This document shows positions 8,742 to 18,363 of a stretch of DNA of 64,000 nucleotides, piece after piece. Each line of letters starts with the position of its first letter. Within the stretch, counting starts at the first letter, position 1. The position numbers and the translations under genes are program-made. This stretch comes from Planctomycetota bacterium (lineage in GTDB: Bacteria > Planctomycetota > Phycisphaerae > Tepidisphaerales > Tepidisphaeraceae): the NCBI GenBank assembly GCA_026693085.1, contig JAPLNB010000316.1, positions 21,474 through 85,473 of the forward strand. Direction: 5' to 3'. Under the pieces are notes generated by a model. The model was not told the DNA's origin. It ran no database searches and saw only the letters and a program-made list of their open reading frames with translations.

Positions 8742-11700
8742 CTATCTGGTATCCGTGCGCTTCTCGCCATATACATACTCCTGCCGCAGCAGCAACGCCT
8801 TCAGTCTTTCCTTGGTTGAGGGTATGGGTGCGTCAAAGGCCAGCCGGAAGCCAACATCGGCGAACTTCTGCGACAAGTCAACCGCCCCGAGCCGTTGGGG
8901 TTCCTCAGGTTGCCATCGGGGGATGGACAGTGCCGAGCCCCCGATCACGAACAGGTCTCGCACTTTAAGGCTTCCGTTGGCACTGCTCACAAAGCGGCTT
9001 CTTAAGAACGTGCATATTGAATCAGGTTTTTGAATGGACAGTTCACGCCAGACGAGTAGGTCGTTGCACACAAACTCGGAGACATTGCCAACCAGGTCGC
9101 AGAAACAGTCGCCATGCACTGCATCGGCAGGACGGAACCAGAGGATCCCGTCATCGTATTCGTCCTCCGGGCCGGTTGTCGTCCAAGGCCCCTTCATCAA
9201 TTTGGACCAAGACGTCGGCGAGCTGCCTTCAGACAGTTTCATTGGCTGGAATATCCCCTCATGCGGCACAGCACGACCAATGCCCAACTGCATCAGATGC
9301 TCGTTCTGGATGCGCCAGGTCCGGTCCCTGAGGTTTGCTGGAGGAGGAGGATCCTGAGTCTTGTGCTTGTACGCCAGACACCACTCGTCTACCGTCGGCA
9401 GCCGACAATGCAGAAGGGAGGCCATATAGGCAGCCGCGGAGATGGAGACCTGCTGCATAGGATGCATGCGGCCAGGACGATCGACTCTGGTTTTGCTGGC
9501 CGCCGCGTAGTACTCGCCGCCGATATACCGCTCATCAATCCAGTTGTTGGCCGGGATCATCCCTTCCGGGCGTCCTCTCGGTGACCAATTCCAGCAATGC
9601 ACGCCTCGCGATCGGTCGTCCTTCTGCAGTTCCCTGAGGGCAGCCCATTGGCCATACGCGCCGACCACATCGGCGAACAGCCCGAGCGGCACTTCCGTTG
9701 CACACAGATAGAATGGTTTGGCGCTGTCGCCCGGAGGATCGATCCTGATGAACTCAACCTCGTGCCGGCGATCGCCCCCGACCGGCCAGGTGAAGTGGAT
9801 GTGGTTGCCGGAGGTGTCGGCCTTCCAGTCCGGTCGATTGGGGCCGGCGGTCGTCGGATCGGGCGTTTCGGATCCGCCGGCTTGCAGCTTTGCCAACTGC
9901 TGAAGCAACGGAGCGACGTCGCCCAGTTCTCGCGCATCCAATTTTCTCGCAGGGTCAAGAAACGCCGAGACGGCTTGACGAGCGGCAGTATCGTCCACGG
10001 ACTCGGCGGCCAAGTGTCTTTTCAGAGTGTTCAGCAGGATGTTGAAGCGTAGAGAGACGCTGATTCGATCCGCCTGGTCGTTCAAAATCCTGTCTGAAGT
10101 GAGGCCAAACACGGGTAATCGTTCCAGGACGGCCTCCAAGCTCTCCTGGCTCTTGGCCGCTTTGTAGAAGCTGAGCCAGCGGTCGATCTTGTGAGCAGCC
10201 AATTCCTGCTCCAGCAAGGTTGTGCGATCCGCCTTGTCCAAACGACCGATGCGTTTCTCAAGTTTCCCGAGGATGGCAACCTCGTCATCCATCGCTTTGA
10301 TGTCAAACGGCTCGATGGGAAGCTGCGCCTGCCGAATCGCCTCAACGGGTTGCCGCAGGGGCTTCATCGCGTCGGCCACCTTCGGATCGGCGAAAGGAGC
10401 AAGCTTCTGCGCGTCGTCCCACGCCGCAAGCAACTCCTTCTGCTCCAGCGGGAGCAGATAGCCTACATCCAGTCGTTCCGCGATGCGGGCGCAGGCCCGG
10501 ACCAGTTCGCGTGCCTGGGCCATCCAACGACTACTTTCCGCCTCCAATTTTTCGATCTCCGGGGCCGACCTGAAGGCGGGCACGCCACTGGGCTCTGCGA
10601 TCAGTTCCAGCGCTCTTGCCAAGGCGGACTGCCGTCGGGCGAGTGCCGCGGCTGCGATGGCATCCTCCCAGCTCTTGCCGCTGGATTTCGGCATCTCCAG
10701 CTTCGCATCCGTCGCCTGCAGTCGAGTCATCAGGGACTTGAGCGATTCCACCGCCTTCTGCCGGGCTGCCAGGTCCGGCACATCGTTCAACAGTCTGTCG
10801 CGCCTCGCGACCCATTGTTGGTTCAGAATGGGCAGGCCATCCAAGCGGAAGTCGCGAATCGCCAGGAGCCATTTCGCGTACTGTTCCCGTTCGGCGAGCT
10901 GGTTCGTGGCAAGCCGGATCGATCGGGCAAGGTCCTGGTCGAGTTCTTTCAGTGCATTCTCGATCGTAGCCTGCTGCTGTACGGTCCACGTGCCGGCCGC
11001 GACCTGAGCCATGCGATCCGGAAAGGTCGCCAGGGCTTTCTCCAATTCCGGGCCTGGCACCGCCGCGTGTTGGTCATTCAGCGTCTTGAGCAGGGCATTC
11101 AACTCGCCCAGTCTGGTTGGGCCTGTCCAGTTCAATCGCGGGTCCGGGGCGGATGGAGCAGGGACATTCTGGCTATTCTGGGGACCTGTGTTCTGATTCA
11201 CCGGGACTGTTTTTGAACCACTCCCCTGGGGCCTCAGGAACGAATATGCCAGCACCATCGCCACAACGGTCAGCGCGGCAACACCAACCGCTGTCGCCAG
11301 CCACTTGGAACGTGCACGACGACCACCAGCGGATACGCGCGGCTGGAACGATGGCGGATGCTGCGGGGGAAAGCGAAAATCGGGGCCTGACGTGGGCCTG
11401 GTCACGGCTGGAGGTGGTCCGACCGCCGCGGGCCCTGGCACTGGCGCCAAAGCCTGGCATTCGGCAGTTGCCGCACTGCTGGAACTCGCTGGGCCATGCG
11501 CCGGCGTTTCCGCGAAGGTTCGTCCCGCCTCGGCAGGGGGCAAGGCTGTGGCGACCGGCTCCACCGTCTGCCCCTCCGACAATGACAGACCCCGCGGTTT
11601 CGCCTCGGCAATCGCCGATACGGGGACGAACCGGGGAACGGGATCCACGGCCGTAGGGGAAGTAGGCTCGGCCATCGGTTGCGGGATCGATGGCGCCGGC

Positions 11701-13064
11701 GGTTCCGGCTCGGGCCGGGAAGACGTCAATTGCACGGTCGCGGGCGAGGGCGTCGGACCCAGAGGAACTTCCGGGGCTACGAGGGCACTTGATGGGGCTG
11801 GGGCAGCAGGCTCCAGCTCGGGGATCGGCCGCTCGGGTGCCCCAGTCTCCTTCAGAACCGCAGGGGCGGGAATTGACGGGTCCCGGTCGGACAGGCGGAC
11901 GGGCACGGACGCCGCCTGCTCTGGCGCGCGGGCTGCGGGGCGAAACTGCGGCAACGGCAGCGTAAGGGGCGGCAGCGGCACAGGCGCGGCGGATGCGGGG
12001 GACTCCTGAGGCGTGATCTCAGGCATGGGCACAGGTGGTCTTGACTTGTCTTCCGCAGCGGCAATTGTTGGAGCGGCCGCGGTTTTGAGTGGCATCGGAC
12101 CCGTCGCGGTCCGCCCGCGGGCAATCAGTTCCTGGCAACTGGCGATGAAATCCAGTCCCAAGGTGTAGGGGATGCTCGTCGTGAGGGGGATACGGGCTGC
12201 GGATGTGCGGATGCAGAAGAAACTGGAGGGAGCCGGCTCACCGACGAGAAGGTCCACCCAGTCCTGGTCCAGGGGCAGGAGGGCCACGGCCGGGCTGGCT
12301 TGGCCCATCAGGCCGGCCAGGAACTCCAGCCAGGTCCGCAGCGAGTCCTCTGGCAGGTCGCCGACACGGGGAACGCGCACGTGCTCGGCGTCGGCCGGGG
12401 ATGTCCTGGCAATTTGCGAGCTGCGGTGGCCGCTGATGACATCGTGCTTCCGGTCGATCTGGTAGAGGATGCGCAGCAGCCCCTGCGAATCGGGGCCGAG
12501 CGCGGGGTCATCGGCAAGCCGGGCAAGGGCTTTGTGGGACGGTTCGGGATCGGCCTTGGCCGCCTCCGGCGCCGCCGTCAGCCGACGCAGTTTCTTCTGG
12601 GCGGAGTCGATGATGCCCCGCACGGCATCAAGAGAGGGGGCGGCATCACAGCCCTGCTCGACAGCCTCCAGGCTAGGGAGAACGGTCCGCAGCACCCAGT
12701 CCAGCGGCAGGTTTCGGCATTCAGCGCAGACGATGAGCGGGAAGCCACGCCGGCCCCCGGCGTCGGCGGAAGGCCAGATCCGGCCTGCGAAAACGGCCTG
12801 GGCATTCCGCCATACGATGATGTGCTTGCATTCCGGCAGCCGCTCACTGGGAGCAAGTCGCTCCCATTTGGCAACCAGGGATTTCATCCCCTGGTCGTAG
12901 AGAAGGCTCCAAACAGCGGCGAGGCGAGGACTTTCGGCGGGATTATAGAGGAAGTGCTCGATGTAGGTCGGATGCTTGCCGAAGAGGCTCAGAGCCAGCC
13001 AAGGCTTAGGGTCCTTCTCATCCTGGACCAGCCTTCCAAGCAGTTTCTGGAATAAGGCGGCCAT
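8742..13064 (-). CDS. TagF(ImpM)-like N-domain, Pro/Ala/Ser-rich linker, single TM, helical ectodomain, C-terminal FGE-sulfatase-like domain (1440 aa)
   Basis: TagF signature 'LSLFGKHPTYIEHF...WPSADAGGRRGFPLIVCAE' (nt ~12735-12985). Low-complexity P/A/S region ~11280-12060. TM 'WLATAVGVAALTVVAMVLAYSFL' (~11240-11310). FGE-like 'PFYLCATEVPLGLFADVV' (9672-9713), 'GNVSEFV', 'FVIGGSAL', 'FADVGFRLAFD' (~8800-9800). AGGAGA lies 5 nt before the ATG. The gene sits directly after tssM, as tagF does in imp-type clusters. Confidence 0.75.
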   Translation of the reverse strand: MAALFQKLLGRLVQDEKDPKPWLALSLFGKHPTYIEHFLYNPAESPRLAAVWSLLYDQGMKSLVAKWERLAPSERLPECKHIIVWRNAQAVFAGRIWPSADAGGRRGFPLIVCAECRNLPLDWVLRTVLPSLEAVEQGCDAAPSLDAVRGIIDSAQKKLRRLTAAPEAAKADPEPSHKALARLADDPALGPDSQGLLRILYQIDRKHDVISGHRSSQIARTSPADAEHVRVPRVGDLPEDSLRTWLEFLAGLMGQASPAVALLPLDQDWVDLLVGEPAPSSFFCIRTSAARIPLTTSIPYTLGLDFIASCQELIARGRTATGPMPLKTAAAPTIAAAEDKSRPPVPMPEITPQESPASAAPVPLPPLTLPLPQFRPAARAPEQAASVPVRLSDRDPSIPAPAVLKETGAPERPIPELEPAAPAPSSALVAPEVPLGPTPSPATVQLTSSRPEPEPPAPSIPQPMAEPTSPTAVDPVPRFVPVSAIAEAKPRGLSLSEGQTVEPVATALPPAEAGRTFAETPAHGPASSSSAATAECQALAPVPGPAAVGPPPAVTRPTSGPDFRFPPQHPPSFQPRVSAGGRRARSKWLATAVGVAALTVVAMVLAYSFLRPQGSGSKTVPVNQNTGPQNSQNVPAPSAPDPRLNWTGPTRLGELNALLKTLNDQHAAVPGPELEKALATFPDRMAQVAAGTWTVQQQATIENALKELDQDLARSIRLATNQLAEREQYAKWLLAIRDFRLDGLPILNQQWVARRDRLLNDVPDLAARQKAVESLKSLMTRLQATDAKLEMPKSSGKSWEDAIAAAALARRQSALARALELIAEPSGVPAFRSAPEIEKLEAESSRWMAQARELVRACARIAERLDVGYLLPLEQKELLAAWDDAQKLAPFADPKVADAMKPLRQPVEAIRQAQLPIEPFDIKAMDDEVAILGKLEKRIGRLDKADRTTLLEQELAAHKIDRWLSFYKAAKSQESLEAVLERLPVFGLTSDRILNDQADRISVSLRFNILLNTLKRHLAAESVDDTAARQAVSAFLDPARKLDARELGDVAPLLQQLAKLQAGGSETPDPTTAGPNRPDWKADTSGNHIHFTWPVGGDRRHEVEFIRIDPPGDSAKPFYLCATEVPLGLFADVVGAYGQWAALRELQKDDRSRGVHCWNWSPRGRPEGMIPANNWIDERYIGGEYYAAASKTRVDRPGRMHPMQQVSISAAAYMASLLHCRLPTVDEWCLAYKHKTQDPPPPANLRDRTWRIQNEHLMQLGIGRAVPHEGIFQPMKLSEGSSPTSWSKLMKGPWTTTGPEDEYDDGILWFRPADAVHGDCFCDLVGNVSEFVCNDLLVWRELSIQKPDSICTFLRSRFVSSANGSLKVRDLFVIGGSALSIPRWQPEEPQRLGAVDLSQKFADVGFRLAFDAPIPSTKERLKALLLRQEYVYGEKRTDTR

Positions 13065-13260
13065 GGTTTCTCCTAGTGCGGCGGGCCCAATTACTGACCT
13101 GGGACTCTCTATTGCCGTTTCCAGTTCAAGACTTTCGCGTTTCGATCAATCAGCTCGCGCAGTTGGCAGTCGTACAAAGCCCATCGAACGGAACCTCTGC
13201 AGTACAGAAAGGCTGGATAGCCAGATCATCACCTGCGAAACTGTTCAACTCGAAACGGCG

Positions 13261-16200
13261 CTAGTTCCCGTCAGGGCCGGTCAGCCAATCAACGAGTGGC
13301 GTAATATTCGCATTCGCGTCAAAGGTGAAGATAAGCACCAGCGGTGCCTTACCCTCCTGGACGAGATACTCCAGGCACCATTCCTGGGGTTTCGGATTAT
13401 CAACCTTCTTCGCGCGGCCGTCGGCCATCAGGTGCAGGAGTGACCAATCGTTGCTCATCCTGCCGTTCTTATTCGGATCAGGCAATGACGCATTCGGCTG
13501 TGTGTTCTTCCACTTCGGATTCTTTTCCCCCTTATCCGCTGGTTCCACAAAAAAGCCAAACTCGAAAATCAATGGCTTTCCGGGCAACTTGAACTTCATT
13601 AAGTCGCTGCCCTTGTCATTAAGAGCATGAAGGTTAAGGACGAGGGAAGCGTCGCCCTGTTCGATCTTGAGATGCTCTGCGACCGGAACTAACGCTGACG
13701 AATTGCGACATGAGATGGTGCAGGAAATGGATTTTTGGGGATCCGGAAGTGCATTTAGGAGCTTGCTCACGCGTTTCAGATATTCGTTCTGCTTGTCATT
13801 GAGGCCGGCCGTCCACCGAATATTCTCGATGGCAGAATTGATAAGGATGATATCGGCGTCTTTGCGGGGGTTTTCGAGCCCAATCTTGGCAAGCGAGTCC
13901 GCCTCATCGCTCTTCCCAGAGTCGCCTAGAATAATGAGTTGTTCCTTCGCTTTGCCGAGTTCATTGGTGGTCAGATCACGAACACCTGGGCGCCGGACCA
14001 ACGGAAAGGCGTCCAGGCCCTCCATCGCCTTAACGGCGGCCTCGATCCTGTCCTTGCTATCCCGACCTATCAGTTCCAAGGCCTTGACACAAAGATTTCT
14101 GCAGTAGTTTTGCACGAAGCCATCGCTTGTCACGTAATACGTTCCCCGGAACTTACTGGACTTACTGGAGCGGAGATTCCTGCTCGCTTCGAGCGGATCC
14201 TTGTCCAACTTAGGCCACGCCTCTACCATGACCCCGAACTGCTTCATCCAGGCCTCGTCCTCCAAGGACGCCTGACCGGCCACGTCGACCGCATCGAGTT
14301 TCCGATCGATGACTTTGAGCGCTTCGTTCACACTCACGAACAGTTTAGTCAGCCCCTTGGAGGCAAGCGTCATGTTCGATTGCAGTTCGATGAGGTCGCC
14401 ACGCAGCCCTGGCCAATCTTTGGCGGTGACGTTCGTCCCCTCCTTAAGCTGCCCGCGCCAGTAGTTTGTGTAAGCATTCTTGTAGGATTTCTCAAAGTCA
14501 TCTTTGGACTGTGTCAGTTTCTCCGAGAGTGAGTCACGCTCGATAACCGGGGGTTTGGCGGATAGGTGTGTGTCTAGCAGCGGCCAAGCCGCCTGGATGG
14601 TTTTTACCGAGTTGGGGTCAAACTTGGCGTCGAACCTATCGTCAGCATTCCAGGCAATGAGCGGAATCTTCGTTCGTGCGGCTCCCTGGCCCCCCGCCAG
14701 TGTAGATACAAGAGCCTGCCACGGCTTAGCGTCTTTCGCCGGGGGCAGGTTGTCCAAAACTGTACTGATGAACCTGTACTTTTCGATTGGCCGGGCAAGC
14801 GTGGCAATTGCGAAGACAAACGCAGCCTTGGCCTCCGTGGCAGGGGGGTCCTCCGTAGAAGGGAACGCTTTGACCACCGCGTTTCGCTCGGCGGGCAGCC
14901 TCTCAAGTTGTGATTCCAACTTCGTGATGTCGCCCTCTGCATTCAAGGCCGCGGAGAGGCGGTTGTTGGCCCGGACAAGCAACTGCCAGTAAAGATGGTA
15001 CCGGGCGGGTTTGGTCTTCGGCTGGGTGGTGGGCTGTTCGGCCTGCTTGACGAACTCAGCCAATATCATGTCGAACTTCGTGACCTCGTCGCTGGGCGGT
15101 GGTTCAAGGCAGGCTTGCAGCTTGGCCAAGCCGTTGTCATCGGCCGCATCGTCCACACGCCACTTCGTCGCCGTCTCGATTAGCTTTTCCGCTGTTGATT
15201 TTGCCGTCTCGAGGTGCTTTCGCTTGGAAATAAGCCATGCGGGGGTCTTAGCCTCATCAGGAATCAGTGCCAGGATGTCACCCAAGTTCTTGACTCGTTC
15301 TTGGCAAGCTTCTACGCGGCGGGCATACGTGTCAGCCGGGCGCGTGGTGCTGGTCTGCTCTCGCCAGTGCTTCAATGGCTCTTCGTCCCAGGCAACTCGC
15401 GCGTTATCAATCGCCGTCACCTTTTCTCCCAGCTCACCGATCTTGGTGCTCCACTCGCCAGCGGCCGTCTCATGATCCTTCCATGTGGTGAGCGTCTGCC
15501 CGGCGACCGGGGTGAGCGACTTTAACGCAGTGTGATAGTCGGCAAGTGCGGTTTTCAGGTTGGAGGCGCATGTGTACGCCTTGTCGAGCTTCTGGCCGGA
15601 ACTCTCCAGATACGCGATGTAGGCGTCTATCCCTTTCACTACTGCGTTTTGAGCCGTCGTGCCGCCGCGGATTTGAAGGCCAGGAGGCTTCAGGAGCGGG
15701 GCGAAGTCGGACGCCTGGGTCCAAGCCCCCTGCAATGCGAGTGCGTCCTTCAGGGCCGCTTCTTTGTCCGCGCGCGGACCGGATAGGAAGAGGTATTTCA
15801 TCATCGGACCCAGGTCCGGGCTGGGAGGGGCCTCAGATGCCGACATCTCAAGCTTGATAAGCGACTGCAGAGACGTGGTTGCTTCATCGGACCATGTGGC
15901 CCCGGGTTCCTTCTGCATTTTGGAGCGGACTTCACCGAGGATCGGGTGCATTACGGTCGCACCGACGAACAGGGCATGGGCCTGCTTGCAGCGATCCTCC
16001 AATTCATTCGGTTTGCGGAGAGCCAGATAGCGAAAGACCGGAGAGATATAAATAGGCTTCTTGGCAAGTGTCTCGCTCCGCTGGATGACACCCAGCAACG
16101 TTGGCTGCTCCATGCCGGTTATCTGAGCGTTGGCGTATTTAGGGCCGGGTTCAACGATGGCTGGACGTGACGCTGGGGTCAGAGCCGGTTTCAATTTATC

Positions 16201-17631
16201 GGCGTAGAATCCGCTATGCTCGCCTATACCCGAACGGAGTGTATAAGCAGAGAATCCAATCAGGGCAGAAAGAAGAAGGATCGCGGCAAACCCGCCTCCC
16301 AGGGCGGCGGTTTTCTTTCGCCGCCGGTAGGAATCCACGTTGCCGACGCGGGTGACCAGGCCTTTCTCCGGGAAGACCTTCTCGATGAACAGGTCGCGGA
16401 GGAAGTAGGAGCGGACACGATCCCAACTGCGGCCCTTGGGCAAGTCGTTGACGGAAATGCCCAGGGCGGTGGCTAGTTCCGGGTCGTAGGGCGATCCCTT
16501 CTGGATGGACGAGGTGAAGTAGATGCCGCGGAGGAACAGGGGCTTCTGCGACCACGCACCAGCAACGAAGACGGTTTCCAGGTATTGCCGCAGCCGCGGG
16601 GCGATGCGGACCAGGTTATCTGGCAGGCCGTACAGGTTGTCCACCTGGTCGAGACGGCGGGGGGATCCATCGTCGGCCTTCATCGGTTCCAGCAGCAGCC
16701 GGAGCCGGCGCCGCAGGAGGCGCTGGCGGACGATCTCGAGGTGCTGATCGACCAGCTTGGGATCGAACTCCACGTCGAGCTTGGCGGGGTTGGACCACCC
16801 CAGCATCTGGTTTTGCCGCTGGGGATCGTCGATGCTATCGAAGAATTCGTTGAACCCGCCGATCAGGTCGCACTTGGTGATGACGACGAAGACGGGAAAG
16901 CGGATTCCCAGCGTGATCTGGACATGCTCGAACTGGGCGGCGATACGGCCGGCCTTGCGGCTGATCTCCTCCGAGGTGTCGGTGAGGAGCTTGTCGGCGG
17001 GAATCATCAGGAGCAGGCCATTGATGGGGCAGTGCGGGCGGCAGTGCTTGAGCAAGCCAAGGAACTCTTCCCACTCGCTGCCGGTGCCGGCGGGGATATC
17101 CTCGAACATCAGCCGCCCGGCGGTATCGAGAAGGACGGCATCGTGGCTGAACCACCAGTTCATGTTGACGGTGCCGCCGGAGCCCTGGAAGGGATCCTGG
17201 AGGCCGGGAATAAACCGGATCTGGGACCGGCGGATGGCCTCGCTCTTGCCGCCGGCGGGTTCTCCCACGAGCAGGAACCAGGGGGTGCTGTCGAGGCTAC
17301 GCCCCGCCTCGCGGAACTTGCGGACGGCCCCATCGAACTCCTTGCGCAGGGCGTCAAGCAGGGCAATCTGATCGACCTTGGAGATGGAGCCGGGGGTGCC
17401 TTGGGCGACTCGCTCGCCCAGGGCAGCGCCGAGTGCAGCGCCCCGCCGCCGTCGAAGCGAGTACAACCCCACCACCAGCATCGCTACGAAGACGAGGCCA
17501 GCCACCACGATGGCCACGAGCCGCCAGTCCCGGAATATGAGGTAGGCAAGCCCGATCGAGCCACAGGCGGCGGTGCCCATCCCACCCACCTTGGCCGGAA
17601 CAGGGAGGTCATTTAGGGTCGAGGATCTCAT
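13261..17631 (-). CDS. tssM: T6SS membrane-complex protein TssM (IcmF family)
   Basis: 1456 aa. N-terminal TM segments, Walker A 'LLVGEPAGGKSEAIRRS', 'AVLLDTAGR', 'FPVFVVITKCDLIGGFNEFF'. 4-nt ATGA overlap with tssL. Confidence 0.9.
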   Translation of the reverse strand: MRSSTLNDLPVPAKVGGMGTAACGSIGLAYLIFRDWRLVAIVVAGLVFVAMLVVGLYSLRRRRGAALGAALGERVAQGTPGSISKVDQIALLDALRKEFDGAVRKFREAGRSLDSTPWFLLVGEPAGGKSEAIRRSQIRFIPGLQDPFQGSGGTVNMNWWFSHDAVLLDTAGRLMFEDIPAGTGSEWEEFLGLLKHCRPHCPINGLLLMIPADKLLTDTSEEISRKAGRIAAQFEHVQITLGIRFPVFVVITKCDLIGGFNEFFDSIDDPQRQNQMLGWSNPAKLDVEFDPKLVDQHLEIVRQRLLRRRLRLLLEPMKADDGSPRRLDQVDNLYGLPDNLVRIAPRLRQYLETVFVAGAWSQKPLFLRGIYFTSSIQKGSPYDPELATALGISVNDLPKGRSWDRVRSYFLRDLFIEKVFPEKGLVTRVGNVDSYRRRKKTAALGGGFAAILLLSALIGFSAYTLRSGIGEHSGFYADKLKPALTPASRPAIVEPGPKYANAQITGMEQPTLLGVIQRSETLAKKPIYISPVFRYLALRKPNELEDRCKQAHALFVGATVMHPILGEVRSKMQKEPGATWSDEATTSLQSLIKLEMSASEAPPSPDLGPMMKYLFLSGPRADKEAALKDALALQGAWTQASDFAPLLKPPGLQIRGGTTAQNAVVKGIDAYIAYLESSGQKLDKAYTCASNLKTALADYHTALKSLTPVAGQTLTTWKDHETAAGEWSTKIGELGEKVTAIDNARVAWDEEPLKHWREQTSTTRPADTYARRVEACQERVKNLGDILALIPDEAKTPAWLISKRKHLETAKSTAEKLIETATKWRVDDAADDNGLAKLQACLEPPPSDEVTKFDMILAEFVKQAEQPTTQPKTKPARYHLYWQLLVRANNRLSAALNAEGDITKLESQLERLPAERNAVVKAFPSTEDPPATEAKAAFVFAIATLARPIEKYRFISTVLDNLPPAKDAKPWQALVSTLAGGQGAARTKIPLIAWNADDRFDAKFDPNSVKTIQAAWPLLDTHLSAKPPVIERDSLSEKLTQSKDDFEKSYKNAYTNYWRGQLKEGTNVTAKDWPGLRGDLIELQSNMTLASKGLTKLFVSVNEALKVIDRKLDAVDVAGQASLEDEAWMKQFGVMVEAWPKLDKDPLEASRNLRSSKSSKFRGTYYVTSDGFVQNYCRNLCVKALELIGRDSKDRIEAAVKAMEGLDAFPLVRRPGVRDLTTNELGKAKEQLIILGDSGKSDEADSLAKIGLENPRKDADIILINSAIENIRWTAGLNDKQNEYLKRVSKLLNALPDPQKSISCTISCRNSSALVPVAEHLKIEQGDASLVLNLHALNDKGSDLMKFKLPGKPLIFEFGFFVEPADKGEKNPKWKNTQPNASLPDPNKNGRMSNDWSLLHLMADGRAKKVDNPKPQEWCLEYLVQEGKAPLVLIFTFDANANITPLVDWLTGPDGN

Positions 17632-18359
17632 TTTGCCACCTTATCATTATCGATGATCTTCTGGCTCCAATCGGAAACGCCTTGAACCGCATCCGTAAGC
17701 GATTTAGACATTTCCCTGTACAGATAGGCGTTGACGATGAACAGAAGGAGGATCAGCCCGAGGAGCGCTACGCCGATGGGTGTCAGCGATCGAAGCGGCG
17801 GCGCCGTAAGGTTGTCCGCGATGAGCGATTCATACGCCTCCGGGCAGATGCGGGGCACGCCCTCGGGGTCCATCATACCCCTGATGCGCGCGGCGATTGC
17901 CTCTTTATGTTCGTGAACGACCTCGGGCTCATCCTCGTGCTGGCCGAGGAAGCCCAGGCCCATGCAGGTGTAGAAGACAGCCAGGCGCTCATTGACGGCG
18001 GCGACCTGTTCTCCCCTCGCCGGCTCCCCCATGGTCTTCTCCAACTCAAGAAAGAAACTCTGCTCCCCGGTGTAAATGGGCGGCGTCTCCTCCACAGCCA
18101 GTGGTTGCCACTGGCTGGCAAAAGGAAGAGGCCCGGTGCGGATGAAGTAGTCCACGGCGAACACCAGGGGAAGCCGGATCTTCTGGTACTGATCGGGCAG
18201 TCCCGGCGTGGAAAGGGAATTGACCCTGATGGATTCGAACAGGCCGCGGAGTTCGTGGCGGACCTGTTCCGCCTGCCCATGGGGACCGCTTGTGCGTGCC
18301 GAGCGGTTCAGGCGGCAGATGTATTGAAACAGCGGCTCGCACAGCTCGATCAGGGTCAT
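17628..18359 (-). CDS. tssL: T6SS membrane-complex protein TssL (DotU family, no PG-binding extension)
   Basis: 243 aa. 'LCEPLFQYICRL...LPLVFAVDYFI' DotU-like core and a C-terminal TM 'IGVALLGLILLLFIVNAYLY'. Lies between tssK and tssM. Confidence 0.85.
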   Translation of the reverse strand: MTLIELCEPLFQYICRLNRSARTSGPHGQAEQVRHELRGLFESIRVNSLSTPGLPDQYQKIRLPLVFAVDYFIRTGPLPFASQWQPLAVEETPPIYTGEQSFFLELEKTMGEPARGEQVAAVNERLAVFYTCMGLGFLGQHEDEPEVVHEHKEAIAARIRGMMDPEGVPRICPEAYESLIADNLTAPPLRSLTPIGVALLGLILLLFIVNAYLYREMSKSLTDAVQGVSDWSQKIIDNDKVAK

Positions 18360-18363
18360 GGCA

